Part shown: one piece after another, positions 9,898 to 18,365 of the stretch | Position numbering within the stretch: the first letter of the stretch is position 1 | Layout: each line of letters starts with the position of its first letter | Assembly: GCF_000306885.1 (NCBI RefSeq) | Contig: NC_018267.1 | Coordinates: 570,001 to 602,000 of the forward strand | Origin: Wolbachia endosymbiont of Onchocerca ochengi | Lineage (GTDB): Bacteria; Pseudomonadota; Alphaproteobacteria; Rickettsiales; Anaplasmataceae | Length of the DNA: 32,000 bases | Direction of reading: 5' to 3' | Translations under genes and position numbers: made by a program | The notes under the pieces: generated by a model | The model's input: only the letters and a program-made list of their open reading frames with translations | Told to the model about the DNA's origin: nothing | Database searches by the model: none

Positions 9898-11394
9898 TTA
9901 AAGTATAAACTTAGATAAATTAAGCTGCTTTGAAATCGATCCTAGTCTATCTTTCACATATTTGCTATCTATAACAAATTTTTCACCATTTTTCTCAGAA
10001 GAGATAAAGCTTATTTCATCTAAAAGCTTTTCCATGATGGTATGTAGCCTTCTTGCACCTATGTTTTCCACTTGCCTATTAACTGTAAACGCTATTTCAG
10101 CTATGGTTTCGATGCCGTCATCAGTAAACTCAAGCGTTACATTCTCTGTTTTCATTAGAGCTATATACTGCTTCAATAAACTAGATTCTGGTTCCTTTAA
10201 TATTTTTATTAAATCTTCTTGAGTAAGTGCTTTAAGTTCCACTCTGATTGGTAACCTTCCCTGTAATTCTGGTAAAAGATCAGATGGTTTAGATTGATGA
10301 AAAGCACCAGATGCAATAAATAATATGTAATCTGTTTTTACATGACCATACTTGGTCGAAATGGTTGTTCCTTCAAGCAGTGGTAATAAGTCACGTTGTA
10401 CTCCTTCTCTATTGACTTCACCTTTTACTTCTGTACATGCTGCAATTTTATCTATTTCATCTAAAAATACTATACCTTCATTGCTAACAAGATCAAGGGC
10501 TTCTTTGATTATCTTATCTTCATCTATTAACCTTTCACTTTCTTCATTAACCAATATTTCACGGGCTTCTTTTACTTTAACCGTAATGGTTTTTGTTTTT
10601 TTGCCCCCATTAAACATTTTACCTATTAGTTCTGTTACATTTACTATGCCGACTTGCCCGCCTGGCATACCTGGTATATCAAAAGCCGGTAACATGCTCT
10701 TGCTTTCTCTGACATCAATGGAAACTTCTCCATCTTCAAATTCCTTATTTTTAACCTTTTTTCTAAAAATCTCTTTACTCTCTTCGGTTGCATCTTCACC
10801 GACCATAGAATTAACTATTATCTTTTCAGCCAGATCTAAAGCTTTTTTAGCCAAAGCTTTGCGTGCTTTTTCTTTGACTAAAACTATTGCTGCATCAACT
10901 AGATCACGTATTATCGAGTCAACGTCACGCCCAACATATCCTATCTCAGTAAATTTTGTTGCTTCAATTTTTATAAATGGTGCACCTGCAAGCTTTGCTA
11001 GACGACGAGCCATTTCAGTTTTACCGACTCCCGTATGACCAATCATCAGTATATTTTTAGGTATGATTTCATCACGTAAAGGAATAGGAACTTTGTTACG
11101 ACGCCAACGGTTTCTGAGCGCAATAGCAACAGCACGCTTTGCATCGTTCTGTCCAATTATGAATCTATTTAGCTCTTTAACTATTTTTTGTGGTGGCAGA
11201 TCATCTAATAAAATTTGTGTACTGTTGTTAACTTGAGCACTGCTATCATTTTCATTTGAATCACAACTACTCTTAGTATCTTTACAAGGATTACTTTTTT
11301 CATTATAGGCATCCTTATTATAAGTCTGCTCTTCTGAAAGAGTCACGGATTGATTAGAGAAATTAGTGCATAAAAATTTTTGTTCAGAATACAT
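9898..11394 (-). CDS. hslU: ATP-dependent protease ATPase subunit HslU
   Basis: 498 aa ORF with [21 protein letters not shown], Walker [16 protein letters not shown] and Walker [11 protein letters not shown]. Its ATG lies 1 nt after the hslV stop codon. Confidence 0.95.
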   Translation of the reverse strand: MYSEQKFLCTNFSNQSVTLSEEQTYNKDAYNEKSNPCKDTKSSCDSNENDSSAQVNNSTQILLDDLPPQKIVKELNRFIIGQNDAKRAVAIALRNRWRRNKVPIPLRDEIIPKNILMIGHTGVGKTEMARRLAKLAGAPFIKIEATKFTEIGYVGRDVDSIIRDLVDAAIVLVKEKARKALAKKALDLAEKIIVNSMVGEDATEESKEIFRKKVKNKEFEDGEVSIDVRESKSMLPAFDIPGMPGGQVGIVNVTELIGKMFNGGKKTKTITVKVKEAREILVNEESERLIDEDKIIKEALDLVSNEGIVFLDEIDKIAACTEVKGEVNREGVQRDLLPLLEGTTISTKYGHVKTDYILFIASGAFHQSKPSDLLPELQGRLPIRVELKALTQEDLIKILKEPESSLLKQYIALMKTENVTLEFTDDGIETIAEIAFTVNRQVENIGARRLHTIMEKLLDEISFISSEKNGEKFVIDSKYVKDRLGSISKQLNLSKFIL

Positions 11395-11395
11395 A

Positions 11396-11950
11396 CTACC
11401 CCTCTACCTTTTCAATAATTACATTATGATTTGTATAAACACATATATCAGCTGCTATCTTCATAGCTCTTTTTGCAACCTCCTCTATTGACATCCCTTT
11501 AACCTCAACTAGAGCTCTTGCTGCAGATAGAGCAAAATTCCCTCCTGAACCAATAGCTGCTATTCCATCTTCAGGTTCAAGGACGTCACCCATTCCTGTA
11601 ATCACTAATGAAATAGATTCATCTGCAACTATCATCATAGCTTCTAGCCTTCTTAAATATTTATCCATCCTCCAATCTTTCGCAAGTTCAACACACGCTC
11701 TCATTAATTGTCCTGGGTGTTTATCAAGTTTTGATTCCAATCTTTCAAAAAGAGTAAATGCATCAGCTGTTGCTCCAGCAAAACCAGCGATTACAGAATC
11801 ATCAGAAAGGCGTCTGACTTTTTTTGCTCCTGATTTTATAATGGTGTGACCCAGTGAAACCTGTCCATCACCTATTACTACTACACTTTTACCTCTTCTA
11901 ATTGATAATATAGTAGTTCCATACATTCTACTGTTGTCATGTTGAATCAT
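11396..11950 (-). CDS. hslV: ATP-dependent protease subunit HslV
   Basis: 184 aa ORF. A short leader ([11 protein letters not shown]) precedes the catalytic Thr block [20 protein letters not shown], followed by [10 protein letters not shown]. Confidence 0.95.
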   Translation of the reverse strand: MIQHDNSRMYGTTILSIRRGKSVVVIGDGQVSLGHTIIKSGAKKVRRLSDDSVIAGFAGATADAFTLFERLESKLDKHPGQLMRACVELAKDWRMDKYLRRLEAMMIVADESISLVITGMGDVLEPEDGIAAIGSGGNFALSAARALVEVKGMSIEEVAKRAMKIAADICVYTNHNVIIEKVEG

Positions 11951-12057
11951 TTTTTTATAATTTTAAATAGTAATTTCATTATACTGTAACCATTAATTAA
12001 ATATGGCTTAGCTATAGCGTATAATATAGTACTTTCCTTATAACATTTAAAGTGTAG

Positions 12058-13218
12058 ATGCAAAACATAATTCATCCAAATTTGGAAAAAAATATGAATG
12101 ATTGGTTTGAGGTAAAATTTGACGATTTTGCATTGCCATTTTATAGCTCTGTCGACCTTAGAAACTCCGGTTATAAAATTGCTCCAATAGACGCTAATTT
12201 GTTCCCTGCAGGGTTCAATAATTTAAGTGAGGCATCAAAAATAATAGCGGCAAAACTGATAAAAAGGTACTTTAAAAAAAAACGATATAAAAAAACTCTT
12301 GTGATACCAGAAAACTATACACGAAATAAAATGTATATAGAAAACGTATTTGCTATAGAAAAGATACTACGACTAGCAGGTTTCGAAACTAAAATTGGTC
12401 TCCTTCATGATGAAGCCTATAATTTAATAGGACCGTATGAAGCTATTGTGAAAGATAACTCTCTATTGAAGACAACCTCAGGATTCGTGCCCGATGTTGT
12501 TGTATTGAATCGGGATATGACAAGCCATATTCCAGACGTATTAGAAAACGTAAAGCAGGAAACAGTACCGAGTCCACTATATGGTTGGCACAGTAGACAG
12601 AAATTTCGATACTTTGAAATCTATCAAAAATTGGTGTCCGAATTTTGCGGCGAATTTAAAATAGACCCCTGGCTTATTTCTGTATTTACAGAGAGCTGTA
12701 AAGGGGTCTATTTTGATGATGCTTTATCGCTGGAAACAGTGGCAGCCAAAGTTGATCAAGTGTTGTCTCTAGTGCAAAAAAAATATGAGGAATATAAAAT
12801 AAAAACTCAACCTTATGTTTTTATTAAAGCAAACAATGGAACATACGGAATGGGTATTATAACAGCAATAAGTGGAGAGGAAATATTAACTCTCAATAAA
12901 AAAAAGCGTCATAAAATGAAAAAAATAAAGGAAGGTGTAGAAATCAATAGCGTTATTATACAGGAAGGTATACCAACCATAGATATACTCGAACATAGTC
13001 CTGCAGAGCCACTAATATATTATATAGGAAATACACCAACATGCTATTTATATCGGTGTAATAGTAGAAAAAATATATATTCTAGCTTAAATTCCACTGA
13101 TTGTGAATTTCATGACATTAGCCAAATTGTAGAAAATAAAACCTTACTACTCTGGAATATGGTTGGCAAATTAGCAGTGCTAGCATTGTCAGTAGAGATG
13201 AGGTCTTTTCATATTTAG
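12058..13218 (+). CDS. gshA: glutamate--cysteine ligase-like protein (non-canonical bacterial GshA family)
   Basis: 386 aa ORF. The N-terminal block PFYSSVDLRNSGYKIAPIDANLFPAGFNNL matches my recollection of the small bacterial GshA family (Pfam GshA type) and not E. coli-type GshA. This was not verified by a search. Confidence 0.55.
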   Translation: MQNIIHPNLEKNMNDWFEVKFDDFALPFYSSVDLRNSGYKIAPIDANLFPAGFNNLSEASKIIAAKLIKRYFKKKRYKKTLVIPENYTRNKMYIENVFAIEKILRLAGFETKIGLLHDEAYNLIGPYEAIVKDNSLLKTTSGFVPDVVVLNRDMTSHIPDVLENVKQETVPSPLYGWHSRQKFRYFEIYQKLVSEFCGEFKIDPWLISVFTESCKGVYFDDALSLETVAAKVDQVLSLVQKKYEEYKIKTQPYVFIKANNGTYGMGIITAISGEEILTLNKKKRHKMKKIKEGVEINSVIIQEGIPTIDILEHSPAEPLIYYIGNTPTCYLYRCNSRKNIYSSLNSTDCEFHDISQIVENKTLLLWNMVGKLAVLALSVEMRSFHI

Positions 13219-13228
13219 TTTTTTACCT

Positions 13229-14071
13229 TTATATAGAGTGGCCATTTGGTAAATTGCTACCTTGCTGAATATGGTAATCCCTGTCAAGTTCAGTGGAAAG
13301 ATTATCATTGATAGGCTGATTAAGCAATTTGTCAAGCCAGACTAATAGTAATACTGTGCTGCATATTATACTAACTGTTACACTTAAGTTGAAGCTATAA
13401 ACTACACCATTACCTAAGTTTATCGGTGTAGTTGCAGTATCCACCCTTTTAAATATGAAATTTAATAATCCTAGTGATAAAGTTAATGTATTAATAGTAA
13501 GATCCTTCTTACACTTAGTAAGCTCTTTCTTGCATTTAATAAATTCACTAGTACCTTTTTTATCCTGATATTTTTTATGTGCCTCTTGATATTTTTTGTA
13601 TATATAATAGCAGCCTACTGGTTCTGAAGTAAATAAGAATAGGGCTGTTGATATTAATTGAATACGACTTATTGCATTCGTATTACCTTTAGTTAAGAAA
13701 TGGAAAACTTGTAACATTATTAACACTTCTATGGCGTTACTTGAAAGACTAGCTAATTTGCCTACTATTTTTAATAGTTCTTTTTTACTATTATGATTCC
13801 TGTAATCCTTGATTAGATCGCGTAAAGTAAGTGTAGAATGAACAATCAATAGAATGAATGTTGGAAATTTTACCCATTGAGCAATCTCACGTATAAGGAG
13901 GATGTTTGACCTATTATTATCAATAAATTCGCAACAAAATTGTAGTGAAACCTTACATAACAAGGCTGTTAAACCTGTTGTGATACAAATTACCTTTTTG
14001 ATATCATGATTGTAAGCATCATGTACCTTTTGTGCAAACGTGTTTGGTTTCTTTTTTAGCTCATTTAGCAT
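13229..14071 (-). CDS. hypothetical multi-pass membrane protein (orphan)
   Basis: 280 aa ATG-started ORF with about 5-6 hydrophobic segments, for example FPTFILLIVHSTLTL, IQLISTALFLFTSEPVGCYYIY and VTVSIICSTVLLLVWL. It starts 75 nt downstream of hemH on the same strand. I recognise no family. Confidence 0.5.
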   Translation of the reverse strand: MLNELKKKPNTFAQKVHDAYNHDIKKVICITTGLTALLCKVSLQFCCEFIDNNRSNILLIREIAQWVKFPTFILLIVHSTLTLRDLIKDYRNHNSKKELLKIVGKLASLSSNAIEVLIMLQVFHFLTKGNTNAISRIQLISTALFLFTSEPVGCYYIYKKYQEAHKKYQDKKGTSEFIKCKKELTKCKKDLTINTLTLSLGLLNFIFKRVDTATTPINLGNGVVYSFNLSVTVSIICSTVLLLVWLDKLLNQPINDNLSTELDRDYHIQQGSNLPNGHSI

Positions 14072-14146
14072 AATAGCTAATGAAATAACAGTTTTTTGTT
14101 ATTCTATCACAAAAATCTCAAAAAGAAAGTGCTGTGAATCAGGACT

Positions 14147-15169
14147 TTAATAATGGCTTTTACATAAATCAGCCAAACATTTAATAAATAAGGAATCAGT
14201 ACTGAGAGTTGGTACGCGAAAATAATATCCGCTTTTAATTATTGCTTTATGTTCCGTATCAAGTTCAACAAGCGTTTCTGAATGCTCAGAAACAAAAGAT
14301 ATAGGCGATAAAACCACAGGTACACTATCAGCTTTTGCACGCAATAGTTCACTTTCTATGCTAGGCTCCAGCCATTTTACAGGTCCAATTTTGCTCTGGT
14401 AACATATCGCCCAATCAAGGTCTTTAATATTTAATCTTTTTACTATTAATTTTACTGTTTCTTCTATTTGTAAAGCATAAGGGTCGCCTTTTTTAATAAC
14501 ACTCAGAGGTAAACTATGGGCCGAGAATAGAATTCTTGGCTTATCAATTCTGCTAGCTAACTTGTAATACTTGGCTACCAAGCGGGTATGAGCTTCAATA
14601 AAGTCTTGATTATCGTAATAATGGTAGATTGTTTTTGTACTACATTTTAAACCATGTTTTTTAGCACTTTTTTGCCAATTTTCGATGGATGACAAAGTTG
14701 TAGTAGTTGAATATTGAGGATATAGAGGCAGTAGAATTACTTCATCAGGATTAAACTGCTTTACACTTTTAACAACTTCATCAGCAAATGGGTGCCAATA
14801 ACGCACACAGATGAATACTTTGGCAAGCTTTGGTGTCATTTCATCACATGATGATGAAATCAGGTGCTTTTTTCTAGATTCTAGTATCGTGCTACTTGGA
14901 TGACAAAATACAGCTTTGTTAAGCTCCTGCTCAAGCGCTTTAGCTTGCATTCTTGTATTCTCCAAGATTGGTGATCTGCCTCCAATTTGCTTATATATTT
15001 TTTGTGCAGTATTTTCTCGTTTTGCAGATATAAACTTTGCTAAAAGAAATCGAAAAGGATTTGGTAGATTTATTATTCTTCTATCATAAAAGAGATTAAA
15101 CAAAAAAGGACGGACCGCACTGAGTGAATCAGGTCCGCCAAGATTAAATAAGATAATTGCCTTCTTCAC
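14147..15169 (-). CDS. hemH: ferrochelatase
   Basis: 340 aa ORF with a GTG start. Conserved blocks are [37 protein letters not shown] and FVSEHSETL. Confidence 0.9.
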   Translation of the reverse strand: MKKAIILFNLGGPDSLSAVRPFLFNLFYDRRIINLPNPFRFLLAKFISAKRENTAQKIYKQIGGRSPILENTRMQAKALEQELNKAVFCHPSSTILESRKKHLISSSCDEMTPKLAKVFICVRYWHPFADEVVKSVKQFNPDEVILLPLYPQYSTTTTLSSIENWQKSAKKHGLKCSTKTIYHYYDNQDFIEAHTRLVAKYYKLASRIDKPRILFSAHSLPLSVIKKGDPYALQIEETVKLIVKRLNIKDLDWAICYQSKIGPVKWLEPSIESELLRAKADSVPVVLSPISFVSEHSETLVELDTEHKAIIKSGYYFRVPTLSTDSLFIKCLADLCKSHY

Positions 15170-15388
15170 TTATGTATTACAACAAGTTGCTTTTGAGATG
15201 CCTATACGTTTAGCTATGAGTTCATTAAGTCTAGATATAGCTACTAAATTTCTCATACTAGCATACAATAAGTGACCAGACCTCTGTAGATTACTTCCTG
15301 TAGATGCAAAAGAACTTTCACCGAAACTCAAATCAACGCAAAAACTTGATTTTGCTTCAAGAAGTTTAACAGTAGCTAAAAATAACAT
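15170..15388 (-). CDS. short ORF, possibly the displaced C-terminal part of the upstream orphan
   Basis: 72 aa ORF whose TAA abuts the hemH GTG in the same frame. It overlaps the end of ORF 15376-15882 in a different frame at a T5 run. No recognisable family, and its coding status is uncertain. Confidence 0.25.
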   Translation of the reverse strand: MLFLATVKLLEAKSSFCVDLSFGESSFASTGSNLQRSGHLLYASMRNLVAISRLNELIAKRIGISKATCCNT

Positions 15389-15882
15389 AATGTAACTTTG
15401 TATTTTCTACTTTGATTAGAAATTGGAAACCTTATAGTACCTTTCTTAAATTCTGCGTCTATTATTTCTTTACTGTAATCAGTAATTTTTTCTAATAACC
15501 ACTCACGTACATGAAAGCTTTTTACAAAAAAGCATGCTCCTGTCATCAACATAGCACATATAAGTGCACACTTTATAGTGTTTATATTGTCTATCATAGC
15601 TGGCGGTGCAAAACAAATAAGCGGTACTATGGTTGTCATTTCAAGAGATGGAATAATGTTTTTTTTTATTATGAAAGCAGCATCTTTTTGTAATTTTGTA
15701 TTGTGATGTGAGCCATACTCCAAATAACTTAAAAAAGCCAAGCTGAAAGTTAAAAATCCTTTTGTAGCACAAAAAATCGATAACTTTAAGTTATTAACTA
15801 ATTCTTTAGTAGTAAGTCCAGTTTTAACTGGTTGTTTATAAGTGGACTCGTCTTGTTTGTTGATATAACGGCATTTACCCAT
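15376..15882 (-). CDS. hypothetical membrane protein (orphan, possibly truncated)
   Basis: 168 aa ATG-started ORF with about 3 hydrophobic segments (LSIFCATKGFLTFSLAFLSYL, TTIVPLICFAPPAMI, ALICAMLMTGACFFV). I recognise no family. Confidence 0.45.
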   Translation of the reverse strand: MGKCRYINKQDESTYKQPVKTGLTTKELVNNLKLSIFCATKGFLTFSLAFLSYLEYGSHHNTKLQKDAAFIIKKNIIPSLEMTTIVPLICFAPPAMIDNINTIKCALICAMLMTGACFFVKSFHVREWLLEKITDYSKEIIDAEFKKGTIRFPISNQSRKYKVTLCYF

Positions 15883-15935
15883 ATAATAAATACTATCTTT
15901 GGTAGCTTATTTTTAACTATAAATAAAAAACTAAC

Positions 15936-15964
15936 TTGATAAAATAAAAAATTTGTAATAAAAT
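15936..15964 (+). promoter_or_regulatory. candidate sigma70-like promoter upstream of ndk
   Basis: TTGATA (15936-15941), a 17-nt spacer, then TAAAAT (15959-15964). An AAGGAAG Shine-Dalgarno-like motif lies at 15991-15997, 4 nt before the ndk ATG. Chance matches of this kind are frequent in DNA this AT-rich. Confidence 0.25.
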
Positions 15965-16001
15965 AAATCTATAAATATAATATCCTATACAAGGAAGTAA
16001 T

Positions 16002-16421
16002 ATGGCAATTGAAAGAACGCTCTCGATATTAAAACCTGATGCAGTAAGAAATAACATTACAGGTAATATAAATTCCTATATCGAAAAATCTGGGCTGAAA
16101 ATTATAGCACAAAAAATGATGTTGTTGACAAGAAGGCAGGCAGAGCTGCTCTATGAAATTCATAAAGATAGACCTTTTTTTGAGGAGTTAGTGGAATTTA
16201 TGACTTCTGATCCTGTAATAGTTCAGGTTTTAGTAGGTGAAAACGCAGTAAGTAAATATAGGCAAATCATGGGAGCTACAGATCCAAAACGTGCAGATAA
16301 AGGTACAATCAGAGGTGATTTTGCTGATAATATTAGTGAAAACAGGGTTCATGGTTCAGATAGTCCAGAAAATACTCGTAGGGAAATAGCTTTCTTTTTT
16401 GCTGAATGTGAGTTAGTGTAG
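16002..16421 (+). CDS. ndk: nucleoside diphosphate kinase
   Basis: 139 aa ORF with [21 protein letters not shown] and the active-site NRVHGSDS block. Confidence 0.95.
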   Translation: MAIERTLSILKPDAVRNNITGNINSYIEKSGLKIIAQKMMLLTRRQAELLYEIHKDRPFFEELVEFMTSDPVIVQVLVGENAVSKYRQIMGATDPKRADKGTIRGDFADNISENRVHGSDSPENTRREIAFFFAECELV

Positions 16422-16748
16422 CTTTAAAGTTAACTGAAAATAAATACATAGCCGCTTTATTCTATAATCTTATTTATTCAGGAAAGTGACAAAATAAGGT
16501 GGATTAGGTAATGCAAAAAGATAACCGTAGAGTGGAAATGAGTTTATAACAAATACAGATGATTTTTTATCCTAATATCAACTATGCGACATTCTTGTAT
16601 TGTGTTAAAAGTATTTAATCAACTGTGTTTTAATCTTAAGCATTAGATTGAGAAGGGAGAGAAACTTTGAATAATATCACTTTTAATTTAATGTTTGTGC
16701 ATCAACCACACTTCTGAATAGATACCGTAATTTTTACTAAAAGTAGCA

Positions 16749-17633
16749 TTATTCAACAAAACAAGATTTAAAGCTTTGTGTGATGCTATTGATTATGGTT
16801 AAATATGCGTCTTTTCCAGGTTTTATATTTGACCCAATAGGGTCTAAAATTGCTGTTTTTGCATCACTGGAAAGAGCTTTAGGCTTTATACTATCTTTTT
16901 GTGAAGGAGAAAATATACATTTAATGTTTTCTTTCTTCATTATTTTCTTTAGTTTCATTAAACTTCTCATGCCTATATAAGTATCTTCTTCTACAGATAG
17001 AATGACACTTGGGTGACTTAAGCTAAAATGTTTTTCAAAATATTGATAAGCGTCATGAGTAACTATGTATTTTTTGTTTTTAAAGTTACTCAATTCGCTT
17101 GCAATTTTCTCTGTTTCCTGTTCTATTCTTTTTACGGTTTTTATTGCATTATGGTTATATCGATGGGCATTCTTCTTATCTATGTTAGATAATGTTGCAC
17201 TTATAGAGAATATCATATTTTTTGCATTTTCTGGACTAAGCCAGATATGTAGGTCTTTTTCGTCTTGAATACGAGTGACATGCCTGGAGAATGAATGTGG
17301 TCGAATAGAAAGTAGACTAACTGCCTTTGATAACTGTACAAGTTTCTTATTGTTTTTAGCAAAGGTCTTAACGAATGTTTCTAGATTATCATCAATATAA
17401 AATATAACATTACCTGATTCCAAATTACTTGCGTCAGATGGTTTCAATATGTAATCATGTGTAGAAGTTGTTATATAGTCTAGTAAGACTGGTTCTAAAA
17501 TTCTGTCTGTAACAGAAGCTACAAGCGAGTGTACAGGTTTTATTGTGGCTATAACTTTTAAAGTGGATGAAAAGACAGTACTGTGGTATAGTGTAAGCAA
17601 AAGTAATAGAAAAGAAGCTAGTAAATGTCTCAT
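16749..17633 (-). CDS. znuA: metal (Zn/Mn) ABC transporter periplasmic substrate-binding protein, ZnuA/TroA family
   Basis: 294 aa ORF with a signal peptide (MRHLLASFLLLLLTLYHSTVFSS). Candidate metal ligands sit in THDY, LHIWLSP, THDAYQYF and ILDPIG. Confidence 0.8.
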   Translation of the reverse strand: MRHLLASFLLLLLTLYHSTVFSSTLKVIATIKPVHSLVASVTDRILEPVLLDYITTSTHDYILKPSDASNLESGNVIFYIDDNLETFVKTFAKNNKKLVQLSKAVSLLSIRPHSFSRHVTRIQDEKDLHIWLSPENAKNMIFSISATLSNIDKKNAHRYNHNAIKTVKRIEQETEKIASELSNFKNKKYIVTHDAYQYFEKHFSLSHPSVILSVEEDTYIGMRSLMKLKKIMKKENIKCIFSPSQKDSIKPKALSSDAKTAILDPIGSNIKPGKDAYLTIINSITQSFKSCFVE

Positions 17634-18365
17634 GAAAACATTGAGAAAGAGTTAAGTCTTGTCAAAAAGTTAAATAATGTCAATAGTAGTGTTCTAAAAA
17701 TAGAGAACCTTACTCTTGCATATAATAATAAGAAAATTCTTGATGATATCAACTTATCAATGAAAAAAGGGGATGTAGTTACTATACTTGGTCCAAATGG
17801 TGGAGGTAAAACCTCCTTAGTAAAGGTGGTTGCTGGTATAAATAAGAACTATACTGGTAGTATTATATTTGCTGATGATATGAGAATTAGTTATATGCCA
17901 CAAAATTTTAGTATTAGCAGTTTGATGCCGATAACAGTTGAATATCTTCTTTTAAATAGCTTTTCAAAAAGATTAGAGAAGAATCAATCGATTATTACAG
18001 AGGTGGTGAGATTAGTTGGTATTAGTAATATTTTGAAAAGGCAGGTGTTGGAAATTTCTGCGGGGCAGACACAATTATTGTTACTTGCGCGCTGCTTAAT
18101 TGCAGAACCTGACTTGATTATCTTGGATGAACCAGTTAGCGCAATGGATATTAATGCTCGAACTAAATTTTATAATATAATAGGTGAAATAGCAAAAAAA
18201 AGATTAATTTCGATTCTCATGACATCTCACGATTTAAGCTCCATAGTGCCATGTTCAGATTACATTATCTATATAAATCATATTATATATTGCCAAGGTA
18301 AACCTGAAGAAATCATGAAGAATAAGACTTTAAGCGAGATATTTAGCAGTCATATAACAAAATGA
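17625..18365 (+). CDS. znuC: metal ABC transporter ATP-binding protein, ZnuC-like
   Basis: 246 aa ORF with Walker A GPNGGGKTS, Q-loop YMPQ, signature ISAGQTQ, Walker B LIILDEP and H-loop TSHDL. Confidence 0.85.
   Translation: MSHENIEKELSLVKKLNNVNSSVLKIENLTLAYNNKKILDDINLSMKKGDVVTILGPNGGGKTSLVKVVAGINKNYTGSIIFADDMRISYMPQNFSISSLMPITVEYLLLNSFSKRLEKNQSIITEVVRLVGISNILKRQVLEISAGQTQLLLLARCLIAEPDLIILDEPVSAMDINARTKFYNIIGEIAKKRLISILMTSHDLSSIVPCSDYIIYINHIIYCQGKPEEIMKNKTLSEIFSSHITK

Noticed and set aside
10352-11038. 228-aa plus-strand ORF inside hslU, and a similar one at 9962-10222
   Set aside because: It is antisense to a strongly conserved gene. The Ser/Thr/Pro/Leu/Ile-rich low-complexity translation is typical of the reverse strand of purine-rich AT-biased coding DNA. 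It shows no motifs.
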